Part shown: positions 9,149 through 18,398 of the stretch, one piece after another
How the letters are laid out: each line of letters opens with the position of its first letter
Position numbering within the stretch: the stretch's first letter is position 1
Source: Pseudomonadota bacterium
GTDB lineage: Bacteria > Pseudomonadota > Gammaproteobacteria > Xanthomonadales > SZUA-38
DNA length: 64,000 bases
Direction of reading: 5' to 3'
Assembly: GCA_039195135.1 (NCBI GenBank)
Contig: JBCCVP010000010.1
Location: 1,215-65,214, forward strand
Position numbers and translations under genes: made by a program
The notes under the pieces: model-generated
Seen by the model: the letters and a program-made list of their open reading frames with translations, nothing else
Database searches by the model: none
What the model was told of the DNA's origin: nothing

Positions 9149-9883
9149 ATGGAGACAACGCATACCGAAGAAAAGGATGGCGCCGTGGGCCGGGTTGTTG
9201 GCCTCTGGCGCTATCCCGTTAAATCCATGGGCGCCGAGCCGCTGGAGCAGGTCGAGGTGTCCTGGCATGGCCTGGTGGGGGACCGGCGCTGGGCGTTTGT
9301 CAGGCCCAACTCAGCGCGCAGCGGTTTTCCCTGGTTCACGATTCGCCAGCGGACCGATATGAGTCGCTACGTGCCGTCGTTTATCGATCCGCAAAAGCCG
9401 GACACTTCACGCACCGTGGTGACCACGCCGGGCGGCAGTGTTTATGACATTGCCGATGAGGCGCTTGGGCAGGAGCTCAGCGAAAACGGCGTGCGTTTGA
9501 TCAAACAGAGCCGGGGTGTTTTCGACACGTTTCCCCTATCTCTGATCACAACGCAGACCGTCGCCCGGCTGGGCGAAATGGTTGGTCAGTCGCTCGACGT
9601 GCAGCGCTTTCGCCCAAACATCCTCGTGGAAGCGGCCGAAGACACGCCGTTCATTGAAGACACCTGGGTGGGTCACACGCTGCGGCTGGGGGATGTGCGC
9701 ATGCGGGTGGACCAGCGGGATGGACGCTGCGTGGTGATCACCGTTGACCCCGATACCGGCGAGCGAAGCCCGGAGATTCTGCGGACCGTCGAGAGCCAGC
9801 GCGAGGGTTGCCTCGGCGTCTACGGCAGCACCGTGACCCCCGGTCACGTGCGGCTGAACAGTTCGGTGGCTCTGGCAGACTAG
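9149..9883 (+). CDS. MOSC domain-containing protein
   Basis: LWRYPVKSM, GDRRWA, RFRPNI and RCVVITVDPDTG motifs. Confidence 0.92.
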   Translation: METTHTEEKDGAVGRVVGLWRYPVKSMGAEPLEQVEVSWHGLVGDRRWAFVRPNSARSGFPWFTIRQRTDMSRYVPSFIDPQKPDTSRTVVTTPGGSVYDIADEALGQELSENGVRLIKQSRGVFDTFPLSLITTQTVARLGEMVGQSLDVQRFRPNILVEAAEDTPFIEDTWVGHTLRLGDVRMRVDQRDGRCVVITVDPDTGERSPEILRTVESQREGCLGVYGSTVTPGHVRLNSSVALAD

Positions 9884-10704
9884 GGGAAAACCTGCGGCAG
9901 AATCTCGTCGTGCCGTGCCGGGGTTCCCGGCGCAAGGCGGATGGCGTCCTGTGTGATGGTCGGGTCAGCCCCCGGGTGCGGGTGCCAGACGGCGTCGTCG
10001 CCCAGCCAGCGGGTAGAGATGGCAGCGCGGCGCTCGGTTGCGGAGCTGTTGCCCGGCGCCCAGTGGAGCAGCCAGGCCGAGAACACCACGGCGTCGCCGG
10101 CTTTCATATCCCAGCCGATGATGTCGTGGGCCGGGCGGTTGCTTTCGATATCCGGCACCGGTTCCCCTTCCGCCTCGTTGATCCAGTCGGCCGGATGCTC
10201 CTCCCGTTTTCCGAACAGCTCCGGCAGGTAGTACTTTCCGTCGGCATGGGAGCCGCGCACAAACTCCATCGCGCTCTGTTCGATGGTGGCGTCGGTCAGC
10301 GCCAGCCAAACGGAACAGATCTGTTTGCCGAGAAACGGCCAATAGGGCACGTCCTGATGCCAGGGGGTGGCGGCGCTGGTGCCCGGTTCTTTAACCAGCA
10401 GGTGATCGAAATAGAAGCGAACCGCGGAGCTCCGCATGGCCTGCGCTGCCAGCTGGCCGACACCGGACTCAAACACAAAAGCTCGTATCTCGGCGTTTTG
10501 CCGCCACTGGTAGCGGTCGGTAAACAGGCGGTTGGTTTTGGCACCCGGATTGGCGTCGTTTACCCAGCGGCTGGGCTTTTCCATTTGGGCGTCGATCACG
10601 CGATGAATGCGGTCGACCCAAGCGGGATCTACCGCCTGGGGGATTCGGATAACGCCGTCTTTCTCAAAGCGACGGACTTCGCCTTCGGACAGTTTTCGGG
10701 TCAC
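9880..10704 (-). CDS. Phytanoyl-CoA dioxygenase (PhyH) family Fe/2OG enzyme
   Basis: TPWHQD, VWLALTD, GSH, LLHWAPGN and RRAAISTRW. Confidence 0.9.
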   Translation of the reverse strand: MTRKLSEGEVRRFEKDGVIRIPQAVDPAWVDRIHRVIDAQMEKPSRWVNDANPGAKTNRLFTDRYQWRQNAEIRAFVFESGVGQLAAQAMRSSAVRFYFDHLLVKEPGTSAATPWHQDVPYWPFLGKQICSVWLALTDATIEQSAMEFVRGSHADGKYYLPELFGKREEHPADWINEAEGEPVPDIESNRPAHDIIGWDMKAGDAVVFSAWLLHWAPGNSSATERRAAISTRWLGDDAVWHPHPGADPTITQDAIRLAPGTPARHDEILPQVFP

Positions 10705-10727
10705 GGTCCTGCCCCGTGATCGGATAC

Positions 10728-11708
10728 CTACTCTGTTTTAGCAGCATCCCTGGCACTTCCGCCAGCCTCGACGGCTCCGCCGGTGGGCGGCGCAATGGGC
10801 GAAACAAAGCCTTCGGGCTTGATCACAAACACTGATCTGGAGATGTCGTTGAGTACCACCTCCGCGGTGTTGCCGATCAACAGTCCCGGGATTCCGGAGC
10901 GGGCCATGGTGGCCATGACGAGGGTCTGAACCTCCAGGCGGTCAGCCTGTGCAGGGATCACGACTTCCGGCATTCCCCGCTCGAGATGAAGATGCATTTG
11001 ACCGGCCCGCTCGACAAACGGGGCGGTTATGCGTTCCAGCGCCTCCCGGTGCCGCTGCTCGACCGCTTCGATCACCGCCGGGTCCTGGGGTACCGGCAAC
11101 CGCATCCAGCTCAAGTTTCGGCTGAGCCTTTCGCTGGCCGGTGACCAGGCGTTCAGCACGTGCAGCGGCTCGCCCATAAAACGCGCCAGATCTGCGGCGG
11201 TGCGCAGTATCTCTTCGTTCAATCGCTGCTCCGCCTCGCCCTTCACCACCGGATCGATGGCAGCCATGATGCCGCCGACCGCCGGTCGGTCCGGATCAAC
11301 GATCCACACCGGGCAGGGACACTTGCGGAGCAGATGCAAGGCGGTGCTGCCAAAAATGAGGTGTCTGCCTACGTCCATACCACGAGCGGTTTTGATCACC
11401 AGATCGTGCTGATGTTCGTAAACGTGGTGGATGATCGCGAGGAAGGTTTTGCCAAAGCGAAGCTGCGCCTTCGCGTTTAGCCCTTCGGTTGCCAGCTCCG
11501 CTTCCAGGCGATGAAGATGGCTCTCGATTTCTTGCGTCAGCTCGGGCAAAAATTCCCGGCTGGTTTCGAGGTCCAGCTCATCTTCCTGAGGCCACAGGAC
11601 GGTGATTGAGGCCCCGTTTTGATGAGCGATGGCTGCAGCCTGGGAAAGGGCTGGGTCGTTGCGGTCAATGGTGCGCGGGACGACCAGGATATTGCGAAAT
11701 GTGTTCAC
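10728..11708 (-). CDS. Universal stress protein with tandem Usp domains (UspE-like)
   Basis: FRNILVV, IFGSTALHLLRKCPCPVWIV and GLLIGNTAEVVL. Confidence 0.9.
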   Translation of the reverse strand: MNTFRNILVVPRTIDRNDPALSQAAAIAHQNGASITVLWPQEDELDLETSREFLPELTQEIESHLHRLEAELATEGLNAKAQLRFGKTFLAIIHHVYEHQHDLVIKTARGMDVGRHLIFGSTALHLLRKCPCPVWIVDPDRPAVGGIMAAIDPVVKGEAEQRLNEEILRTAADLARFMGEPLHVLNAWSPASERLSRNLSWMRLPVPQDPAVIEAVEQRHREALERITAPFVERAGQMHLHLERGMPEVVIPAQADRLEVQTLVMATMARSGIPGLLIGNTAEVVLNDISRSVFVIKPEGFVSPIAPPTGGAVEAGGSARDAAKTE

Positions 11709-11877
11709 TCGGTTACCTGTTTCCTAGTGGAGTTACGGACAGGAGCTATCCGCCGACTCATGCGCTCTCATAGTCTGGCAACCTCCGATTATTCGAGATA
11801 ATCATCAACAGAAGATGAAGGCAAATTTCACACAGGCTTAACGCAGCCAGGAGACAGTCGCAGGTGTCAACCTGGGT

Positions 11878-12837
11878 CTACAGCGGGGTGCAGGCCGGCG
11901 GCGCGCCTTTTTGCAGGCCGCCCGTCTGCTGCTCGAAACCGTTCGCAAAGATTACGCCGCTCGGCAGCAGCGCCACGTCGCAGGGTGTGGTTTCGTTTTG
12001 CTCGAGATCAAACTGGATTTCCTGCGTCTCATAGCCATCGCGAATGACGCTGGCGGTGCCGCCGGAAATCACCGTGGCGAGGCCCGAAAAACTACCGCTG
12101 CCCGGCGCGCTGTAGGCGGTGAGGCCGACGTTGCTGCCGATCACCGCCGCCAGTGGGATAGGCTGACTGGACAGGGCGTCGGTGATGGTGCCCGCCAGCG
12201 TCCCGCCCTGGAAGCCAATCCCGGGACCAATCTGGAGGCCGAAGCCGGCATCCTGCGGCAGGCAGTAGAGCTCCCGGTCGTCAATATCGCCACCGTTGAT
12301 AAAGAGCATTTCGTTACGGCACTGAGTGATCTGGATGGCGTAGTCCGCCTCGGCGCGGAAGAAAAAGGAAATTGGCAGAGAAGTTTCTTCGATGCAGCCC
12401 TGTTCGATCGGCTCCAGCGATCCGGGCGCCCCTTCGGGCGGGCCGATCTCGACCAGGCCCGCGCGCTGGATCTCATAGAAGCGATAGAACAGGCCGGCGC
12501 CCTCAAACGGTTCGGCGGTAGTCATCAATATGCCGTCTCCCGGCGAGGTACTCGGAAAGGTGAATTCGTAGACGGCGCCATCGTTGGGAAAATCAAAGCC
12601 GCGAAAGAAAAACCACTCCTCATCGTCCGCCGAGTCGAAATTGAGCGGCAACGCCTCCTGATAGGGCGTGATGGGTGTTGCTTCGGCAAAGCTGTTGTTC
12701 GGCTCAAAGGCATCTGGCGCCGGCGGGGTGACGCCGTCGCAGAAATCTGCGTCGGTACCGGCTCCGGCAGAGGCGGCGGCGGCAGCCAGGCCGGCGATGG
12801 CGAACCAGGTTTGGGTTCGCAGAACAGGGCGGGACAT
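11878..12837 (-). CDS. Secreted hypothetical protein (DxFEPN module, carboxypeptidase-regulatory-like domain, IFANGFE motif)
   Basis: Signal peptide, PDAFEPNNSFAEAT..DDEEWF, GTLAGTITDALSSQPI and near-terminal VIFANGFE. Confidence 0.75.
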   Translation of the reverse strand: MSRPVLRTQTWFAIAGLAAAAASAGAGTDADFCDGVTPPAPDAFEPNNSFAEATPITPYQEALPLNFDSADDEEWFFFRGFDFPNDGAVYEFTFPSTSPGDGILMTTAEPFEGAGLFYRFYEIQRAGLVEIGPPEGAPGSLEPIEQGCIEETSLPISFFFRAEADYAIQITQCRNEMLFINGGDIDDRELYCLPQDAGFGLQIGPGIGFQGGTLAGTITDALSSQPIPLAAVIGSNVGLTAYSAPGSGSFSGLATVISGGTASVIRDGYETQEIQFDLEQNETTPCDVALLPSGVIFANGFEQQTGGLQKGAPPACTPL

Positions 12838-12896
12838 GCAGGATCCTTGAGCGTCGATGTGTGCTGCTCAGTTTAGCGTCTGTTGCGGCTGATACT

Positions 12897-14243
12897 TCAT
12901 GGTTCAAAACTGTCCGCAAAAAGCTTACCCCGCGGCGTGGCCTCAAGATCCAGAACCAGGGGCTCAAACGCCGGCGGCTGCGCGCTGATCACCGCTTCCT
13001 GGATTTCAAAGTCTGGAGACTCGATCGACAGCGCGTGCTCGATGTTGGCCGTGAGTACCAGCTGGTATTCCCCATCCGCCGGATCCGAGAAGCTGCTCTC
13101 ACCGTTGCTGCTGCGGAGAAACGCGCCCACCGGAGCGCCGGTGCTGGCCGTGGAAACCCGGCCGGTCAGTGTATTGATCTGGGCTGTGGAGAAATCCCGG
13201 AACCGTGTCACCGTCAGGTCGAACTGGTAGCGCAGGGGGGCGGTGCCGTCGCACCGCACGATGCGGTAGAGCACCAGGTCCCGCAGCGCGATGTCATCGA
13301 TGCTGGTCTCGGAAATGTTGCCGCCGGGACCTGTGCAGTCGCCATAGCGCACCAGGGGAGTCGCGCCGGGATCGGTAAAACGGCTACCGGAATGACCCTC
13401 TACGCGCACGTGAAAGGTGGGGTCATCGCTCGTGATCGCGATAGAAAAATCCCGGTTGGCCCGATGATTGTGATAGACCCAGTCTTCGTCCTGGCCGTTG
13501 TGGAACGTGTGCTGCTGGGTGTAACGCACGCCGGCCTGACTGCGATAAAGATCCAGTGTGCTGGCGGTGTTTGGCGCATCGTCAGCCTCGAACTGGTCCA
13601 GCGGCAGGTTCTGGCGTTCGGCGGTGCCGGTAAACACCCTTGAGAAAAACTCATTCCCGTCCTGCGGGTCCGTGAGTTCGCGAAAAGAAACCTGGGCGAA
13701 GGGGGTAGCGGACCAGACGCCAAAAAAGGAGACCAGCTCCGCGTCCGGTGGCCGACTTTCCAGTGGGCCGTAGTCGATGGTGTCGATCACGTCGCCAACC
13801 GGGCAATCTGCGCCCGCGGAAAACGTGCTTGCGCAAAGGGTCACGCGAAAGTCTGAGTCGATGGCAAACCCGTTGCGGTTCGGATGGCCGGCGCCGGCCT
13901 CCTCCAATTGGATCCCCAGACTGGTAACCGGGCTGGCCACCTGCAGGTCGAACGACTCCTGCCCGTTGATTGCCAATTCGAACGGGTCCGGCAGCCCGAC
14001 GGTCCACGCGGCAAAATTCAGGGTAGAGGGCGGCAGAGCAAGAAATGTGATGGTCCCCACCGTTTGCGTGGCCGCGGAACCGGGACCGTCGGGCAGGGGC
14101 CCGGTCACGTCCGAGGCGCCGGTGGCCGCCACAAACTCCGCCTGGTCAAAGTACACAAACGTTGTGGGTTCAAACTGCGCGATGGCGACGCCGGTGGGCA
14201 ATCCCAGGAGAGCAGGTAGCAGCGTCATCAGCGGGCCTTTCAT
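12897..14243 (-). CDS. Secreted hypothetical protein (DxFExD module, carboxypeptidase-regulatory-like domain, terminal LFADSFEP)
   Basis: Signal peptide, DQFEADD..QDEDWV, LTGRVSTASTGAPV, ending KLFADSFEP*. Confidence 0.75.
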   Translation of the reverse strand: MKGPLMTLLPALLGLPTGVAIAQFEPTTFVYFDQAEFVAATGASDVTGPLPDGPGSAATQTVGTITFLALPPSTLNFAAWTVGLPDPFELAINGQESFDLQVASPVTSLGIQLEEAGAGHPNRNGFAIDSDFRVTLCASTFSAGADCPVGDVIDTIDYGPLESRPPDAELVSFFGVWSATPFAQVSFRELTDPQDGNEFFSRVFTGTAERQNLPLDQFEADDAPNTASTLDLYRSQAGVRYTQQHTFHNGQDEDWVYHNHRANRDFSIAITSDDPTFHVRVEGHSGSRFTDPGATPLVRYGDCTGPGGNISETSIDDIALRDLVLYRIVRCDGTAPLRYQFDLTVTRFRDFSTAQINTLTGRVSTASTGAPVGAFLRSSNGESSFSDPADGEYQLVLTANIEHALSIESPDFEIQEAVISAQPPAFEPLVLDLEATPRGKLFADSFEP

Positions 14244-14374
14244 GCCCCCATGCTAGAGCACGCGTCACAGCCCGCCAAGCCAACGGCCGGGCCGGCTATC
14301 GGGCGCCCGGTAGCAGCCTTGCCACCCCTCAACCCTTTGATAAGCTGATGGTGAAACGGCTCGGTATACCTGTT

Positions 14375-14680
14375 ATGACTTATTTGCCTTTGTATCTGGC
14401 GACACTGATCTCATCCGCCGCAGCGCCGGCGAAAAGTGACGTGAATGACGCTGTAAAAATGCCGGCTCCAGACTCGAGCCGCTGGATCGTCCTGTCCCTG
14501 GAAGGCAAAACGCCGGCGCAGGCCAAATCCCAGGCCGTTGCCGCCGCCAGGGTGCAGGTCAAACCGGCGCCGGCGTCGCCGCCGCTGGTGGCCACGATCA
14601 CGCCGGAGGGCGCGGTGGTGCTGCATCACGGCGACGCCCAGGTCGAAGCTCAGATCAAACCTGACGTGAAGCCCGAATGA
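14375..14680 (+). CDS. Small exported protein resembling the post-PEP-CTERM-1 type, coupled to the downstream peptidase
   Basis: In-frame ATG at 14375, hydrophobic N-terminus and C-terminal PPLVATITPEGAVVLHH. Stop overlaps the next start (ATGA). Confidence 0.55.
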   Translation: MTYLPLYLATLISSAAAPAKSDVNDAVKMPAPDSSRWIVLSLEGKTPAQAKSQAVAAARVQVKPAPASPPLVATITPEGAVVLHHGDAQVEAQIKPDVKPE

Positions 14681-16908
14681 GGCGCTGGTTTGCCGCTGCG
14701 GCGCTGACGCTTCCCGCGCTGGTTGCCGCGCAGACCGCGGTGTCGCCCCAGGGCAGTGTCGATATCAACCTGCCGACGGTGGCCGCCGGCAGCGTGGGGA
14801 TCGACCCGGCCTTTGTGCTGGATGTGCCGGCCGGTACACGATCCTTGCGCATCGAGCTGGATGGCCTGGGTAATCCCCGGGACCTGGACCTGTTTCTTCG
14901 CATCGGCAGCCCGTTTCCCGACGACATCAACACCTTCAACGACTTCAGCAACTCGGCGGATTTTGTCTCCCAGAGCCTGTTTGAGAACGAGTCGATCACG
15001 CTGGGCGAATACTCCCGACCGGACCTGGCGGGGCAGCGCATATTCATCGGCTTTGCCGCGTTTGAAGGTGCCGCCAGCGCGGCCCGGCTGACGGTGGATG
15101 CCTCCCCCCAGCCCGTGGACCAAGTGCCGATTGTGATCGACTTCGACAACACGCCCAACACGCCCAACTGCGATACCTCACCGTGGAACGACACCACCGC
15201 CTTTAGCCCGGTCGGTGGCAACAATGCCACCACACTCGGCGAAGCCCGCCGCAACGCCATGCGGGAGGCGGCCCGGTTGCTTTCCCAGGAGCTTTACGGG
15301 CCGGTGATGGTCACCATTCAGGCCTGCTGGGATAACCTTGGCGGTTCAGCCAACTCGGCCGTTCTTGCCGGAGCGCGCGGCAATCAGCTGGTCGCGAACA
15401 CACCGGGGCTGCCGGACAATCTGTTTTTCATCCAGGCGGCGGTCACCCGCCGGGCCGGCACCTCCCTCAGTGGCCTGCTGGGTGGTGACCAAACCGGGAC
15501 ACCGGACATTTTCATCGAGTTCAACGCCGACATCGACGGCAGTACGGCCCTGGGCAGCCGCGTGTTTTACTACGGCTTGAACGGGGCCGGGAACACGAAC
15601 AATGACTCCGACTTTGTTTCCGTCGCCCTGCACGAAATCACCCACGGCATGGGGTTTGTCTCCACCATTAATGGGGACGGTAGCCTGACGGGCAGCCTGC
15701 CGGACGTGTTTACCGCCAACCTGATCGACAACCGCAACGGCGAGGCCATCTCCCTCATCGACTCAACCGTCGGAGACGATCAGCGCCTGGACACGATCAC
15801 CTCCGTCAGCGGTCTTCAGTGGTCCGGACCGGAGTCTTCGATCTCCGAGCGTAATCTGCAGGCCACCAGTAGCGATGCCTACGTGGTCATGAATGCGCCG
15901 CTGACCTATCAGCCCGGCTCGTCCGTTTCCCACGTTGCGCAAAACTACTGCGAGCTGATGACCGCCAACACCTCCGTCTGCGTCGACTCGCCGTTCCGGC
16001 AGCTTGCGCTGTCGCGCCCCATGCTCAACGAGGTGGGCTGGGCGCCCGGGCCAGACCGGCCGGTCTATGTCGGCCTGATGTTTGACCGGTCCCGCAACGG
16101 TCACGGCTTTGAGCTCACGCTGGGCGGCCAGGACGCGGACGGCAACGACGTTTACGTGCTCACCTTTTACTCGTTCGAAACGCTGGGCCGCGCCCCGGAG
16201 TGGTTCCAGGCGATTGGCACGGTGGAGAACGGCGTCTTTTCCGGCCAGCGCAATGCAGACCGGATCGGATTTGCCCAGTTCCTGTTTGACGATGCCCGCA
16301 CCCCTCCGCAGCAGGCCAACCCGGACGAGCCGGGCCAGGTGGTGCTGAACTTCAACCGGCCGGAAACCCTGGCGGCCTGCAACGATGGGGTGGACCGCAG
16401 CGGCGTGGCCAATCTGGCGGTGCTGCAGTTTGTACTCAGCGGCCAGGTGGACGAATGGTGCGTGGAGGCGCTGACGCTGCTGAGCAGCCGGCCGGCCAGC
16501 GACTTTGGGGGCCTGTGGTTTGCCGGTCAGGAAGATCAGGGCTGGGGTTTTACGCTTGAGAACATCGATAACGGCGATGCCACCACCACCTTGTTTGTGC
16601 TGCTCTACGTGTACGCAGCCGACGGTACCCCGGTCTGGTTTTTTGGCCTGGAGACGTTTTCCAGCCTGGCCGGACCGCTGGAGTTTGAGATGTTCCAGCG
16701 CACCGGATTTCCCCGGCTGGCGGTCAACGGCAACCTGGAGGACGAGGTGGCTGGAAGCATGAGTCTCACGCTCGCCCAGCCTTCCATGGACCTAAGCGCC
16801 GGCAATCGCGCCACCGTCAACGTGACCTATCAGGGCGCGGAGGGCGGCGACTGGGTACGGGCCGACGTGCCGATTCAGCGCCTGTCGCTCGAGCGGACCG
16901 ATCGTTGA
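14677..16908 (+). CDS. Secreted zinc metallopeptidase-like protein (PPC-like domain, HEXXH domain, two C-terminal repeats)
   Basis: Signal peptide, DLDLFLRIG (PPC-like), PVGGNNATTLGEARRNA, VALHEITHGMGF and GSSVSH. C-terminal repeats GLMFDRSRNGHGF and GLWFAGQEDQGWGF. Confidence 0.78.
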   Translation: MRRWFAAAALTLPALVAAQTAVSPQGSVDINLPTVAAGSVGIDPAFVLDVPAGTRSLRIELDGLGNPRDLDLFLRIGSPFPDDINTFNDFSNSADFVSQSLFENESITLGEYSRPDLAGQRIFIGFAAFEGAASAARLTVDASPQPVDQVPIVIDFDNTPNTPNCDTSPWNDTTAFSPVGGNNATTLGEARRNAMREAARLLSQELYGPVMVTIQACWDNLGGSANSAVLAGARGNQLVANTPGLPDNLFFIQAAVTRRAGTSLSGLLGGDQTGTPDIFIEFNADIDGSTALGSRVFYYGLNGAGNTNNDSDFVSVALHEITHGMGFVSTINGDGSLTGSLPDVFTANLIDNRNGEAISLIDSTVGDDQRLDTITSVSGLQWSGPESSISERNLQATSSDAYVVMNAPLTYQPGSSVSHVAQNYCELMTANTSVCVDSPFRQLALSRPMLNEVGWAPGPDRPVYVGLMFDRSRNGHGFELTLGGQDADGNDVYVLTFYSFETLGRAPEWFQAIGTVENGVFSGQRNADRIGFAQFLFDDARTPPQQANPDEPGQVVLNFNRPETLAACNDGVDRSGVANLAVLQFVLSGQVDEWCVEALTLLSSRPASDFGGLWFAGQEDQGWGFTLENIDNGDATTTLFVLLYVYAADGTPVWFFGLETFSSLAGPLEFEMFQRTGFPRLAVNGNLEDEVAGSMSLTLAQPSMDLSAGNRATVNVTYQGAEGGDWVRADVPIQRLSLERTDR

Positions 16909-16998
16909 CCGGGCTTAATGGTCAGAACTCCGTTAGCTTTTCATCAGGACCTTTTGTGGCACAGCGCCTAGACTTCAGACTGCAGTGAGCGGCGAGGA

Positions 16999-17301
16999 AT
17001 GGATCTCATGAAATACCGACAAGTCTGTCTCTGCGTTACGGCCATCCTGATCGCGGCGGCAGTAGCCGGCCCCGGCGCGGCGCAGCAGTCGAGCGGCGGC
17101 GAGTTCACCATCACCCGCAGCGTGATTGCCGGCGGCGGCGGCAATCAGTCCGGTGGCGAATTTGCCGTGACCGGCGTTACCGGTCAGGCGGCGGTGGGGC
17201 AGTCCGAGGGCGGCGAGTTTTCCCTCAAGGGCGGTTTTTTCGCCAGCGACGTGCAGCCCTTGAGCGGCGAAATCTTCCTGGACGGTTTCGAGGCACGCTG
17301 A
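16999..17301 (+). CDS. Small secreted Gly-rich protein with three GGEF repeats and terminal IFLDGFEAR
   Basis: SD GAGGA, signal peptide, SGGEF/SGGEF/EGGEF, ending EIFLDGFEAR*. Confidence 0.8.
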   Translation: MDLMKYRQVCLCVTAILIAAAVAGPGAAQQSSGGEFTITRSVIAGGGGNQSGGEFAVTGVTGQAAVGQSEGGEFSLKGGFFASDVQPLSGEIFLDGFEAR

Positions 17302-17330
17302 CCCACCCAGGGCTCCGTGACGCCTGTCCC

Positions 17331-18254
17331 TTGACGAACCGGATGGCTCACCCCAATCTCTTGGAAATGACCAAGCTATCCGCTTTACTGCTCCTTTTGG
17401 CCCTTCCGGGGCTCGCTGCCGCTGACGTGCCGGCCGCGCCCCCGCTGGATCAGGGCACCCGCGACTACGTTCGATTCAAAGAAGCGGGCGGGCAGCCGGA
17501 CGCGCTGGAGGTATCTATCGTGGGGTTTGCCCCGGCCGCCGGCGGATCTGGACCGGAGTATCGGGTTGACCTGGTGAGCGCGGTGCACGTCGGTGACGAT
17601 TCCTACTACCAATACCTGAATGAGCGTCTGAAAAAGTACGACGTGGTGCTCTATGAGCTGGTAGCTCCCCAGGGTACTCGCGTGCCGAAGGGCGGTTTTG
17701 ATCCGGACCGGGAAAACAAAAGCTTCGCCGCCCGACTCCAGGGCGGCATGAAAGACGTGCTTGAGCTGAGCTACCAGCTGGAGCAGGTGGACTACTCGCC
17801 GAAGCACTTTGTCCACGCAGACCTAAGCCCGGAGGAGTTTGACGCCTCCATGAAGTCCCGCGGCGAGTCTTTCTTTCAGCTGCTGCTTAACGCCTGGCTG
17901 ACGGGTCTTGCCTATCCGCAGCAGTCGATGGCGGTGTCTGACTTTGATCTCATCGCGGCCCTTTTTTCTGACGACCGACCGCGCCGTCTCAAAATCCTGA
18001 TGGCGCGGCAGTTTCATCATATGGACCAGATGATGCGGCTGCTGGACGGTGGCGAACAGGGCTCCACCCTGATTTCCGTCCGCAATCAGCGTGCGTTGGA
18101 CGTGCTGCGGGAGCAGATCGGCAAAGGCCACCAGCGCATTGCGATCTTCTACGGCGCCGGCCACATGATGGATCTGGCGGATCGCCTGGAAACCGACTTT
18201 CAGCTGCGCGCGGTGGAACAAACCTGGGTGAACGCCTGGGATCTGAAACCCTAA
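17331..18254 (+). CDS. Exported TraB/GumN (Tiki)-superfamily-like protein
   Basis: Signal peptide (true start probably 17343 or 17367). AVHVG, VLYELV, VRNQ and FYGAGHM follow the TraB-like metal-ligand pattern. Confidence 0.6.
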   Translation: MTNRMAHPNLLEMTKLSALLLLLALPGLAAADVPAAPPLDQGTRDYVRFKEAGGQPDALEVSIVGFAPAAGGSGPEYRVDLVSAVHVGDDSYYQYLNERLKKYDVVLYELVAPQGTRVPKGGFDPDRENKSFAARLQGGMKDVLELSYQLEQVDYSPKHFVHADLSPEEFDASMKSRGESFFQLLLNAWLTGLAYPQQSMAVSDFDLIAALFSDDRPRRLKILMARQFHHMDQMMRLLDGGEQGSTLISVRNQRALDVLREQIGKGHQRIAIFYGAGHMMDLADRLETDFQLRAVEQTWVNAWDLKP

Positions 18255-18398
18255 ATCCGTTTCACGGCGCGTGGACATACGTATAGACGCGCTCCACATC
18301 CATAACACTACCTCTTGATTCAAGTATCTCCAGACTCCCTGTCCCTGCGATCGAGGGTTTAGCCCTGGCCGCGTTCATTTTTCTTTTGGAGAGGCTTC

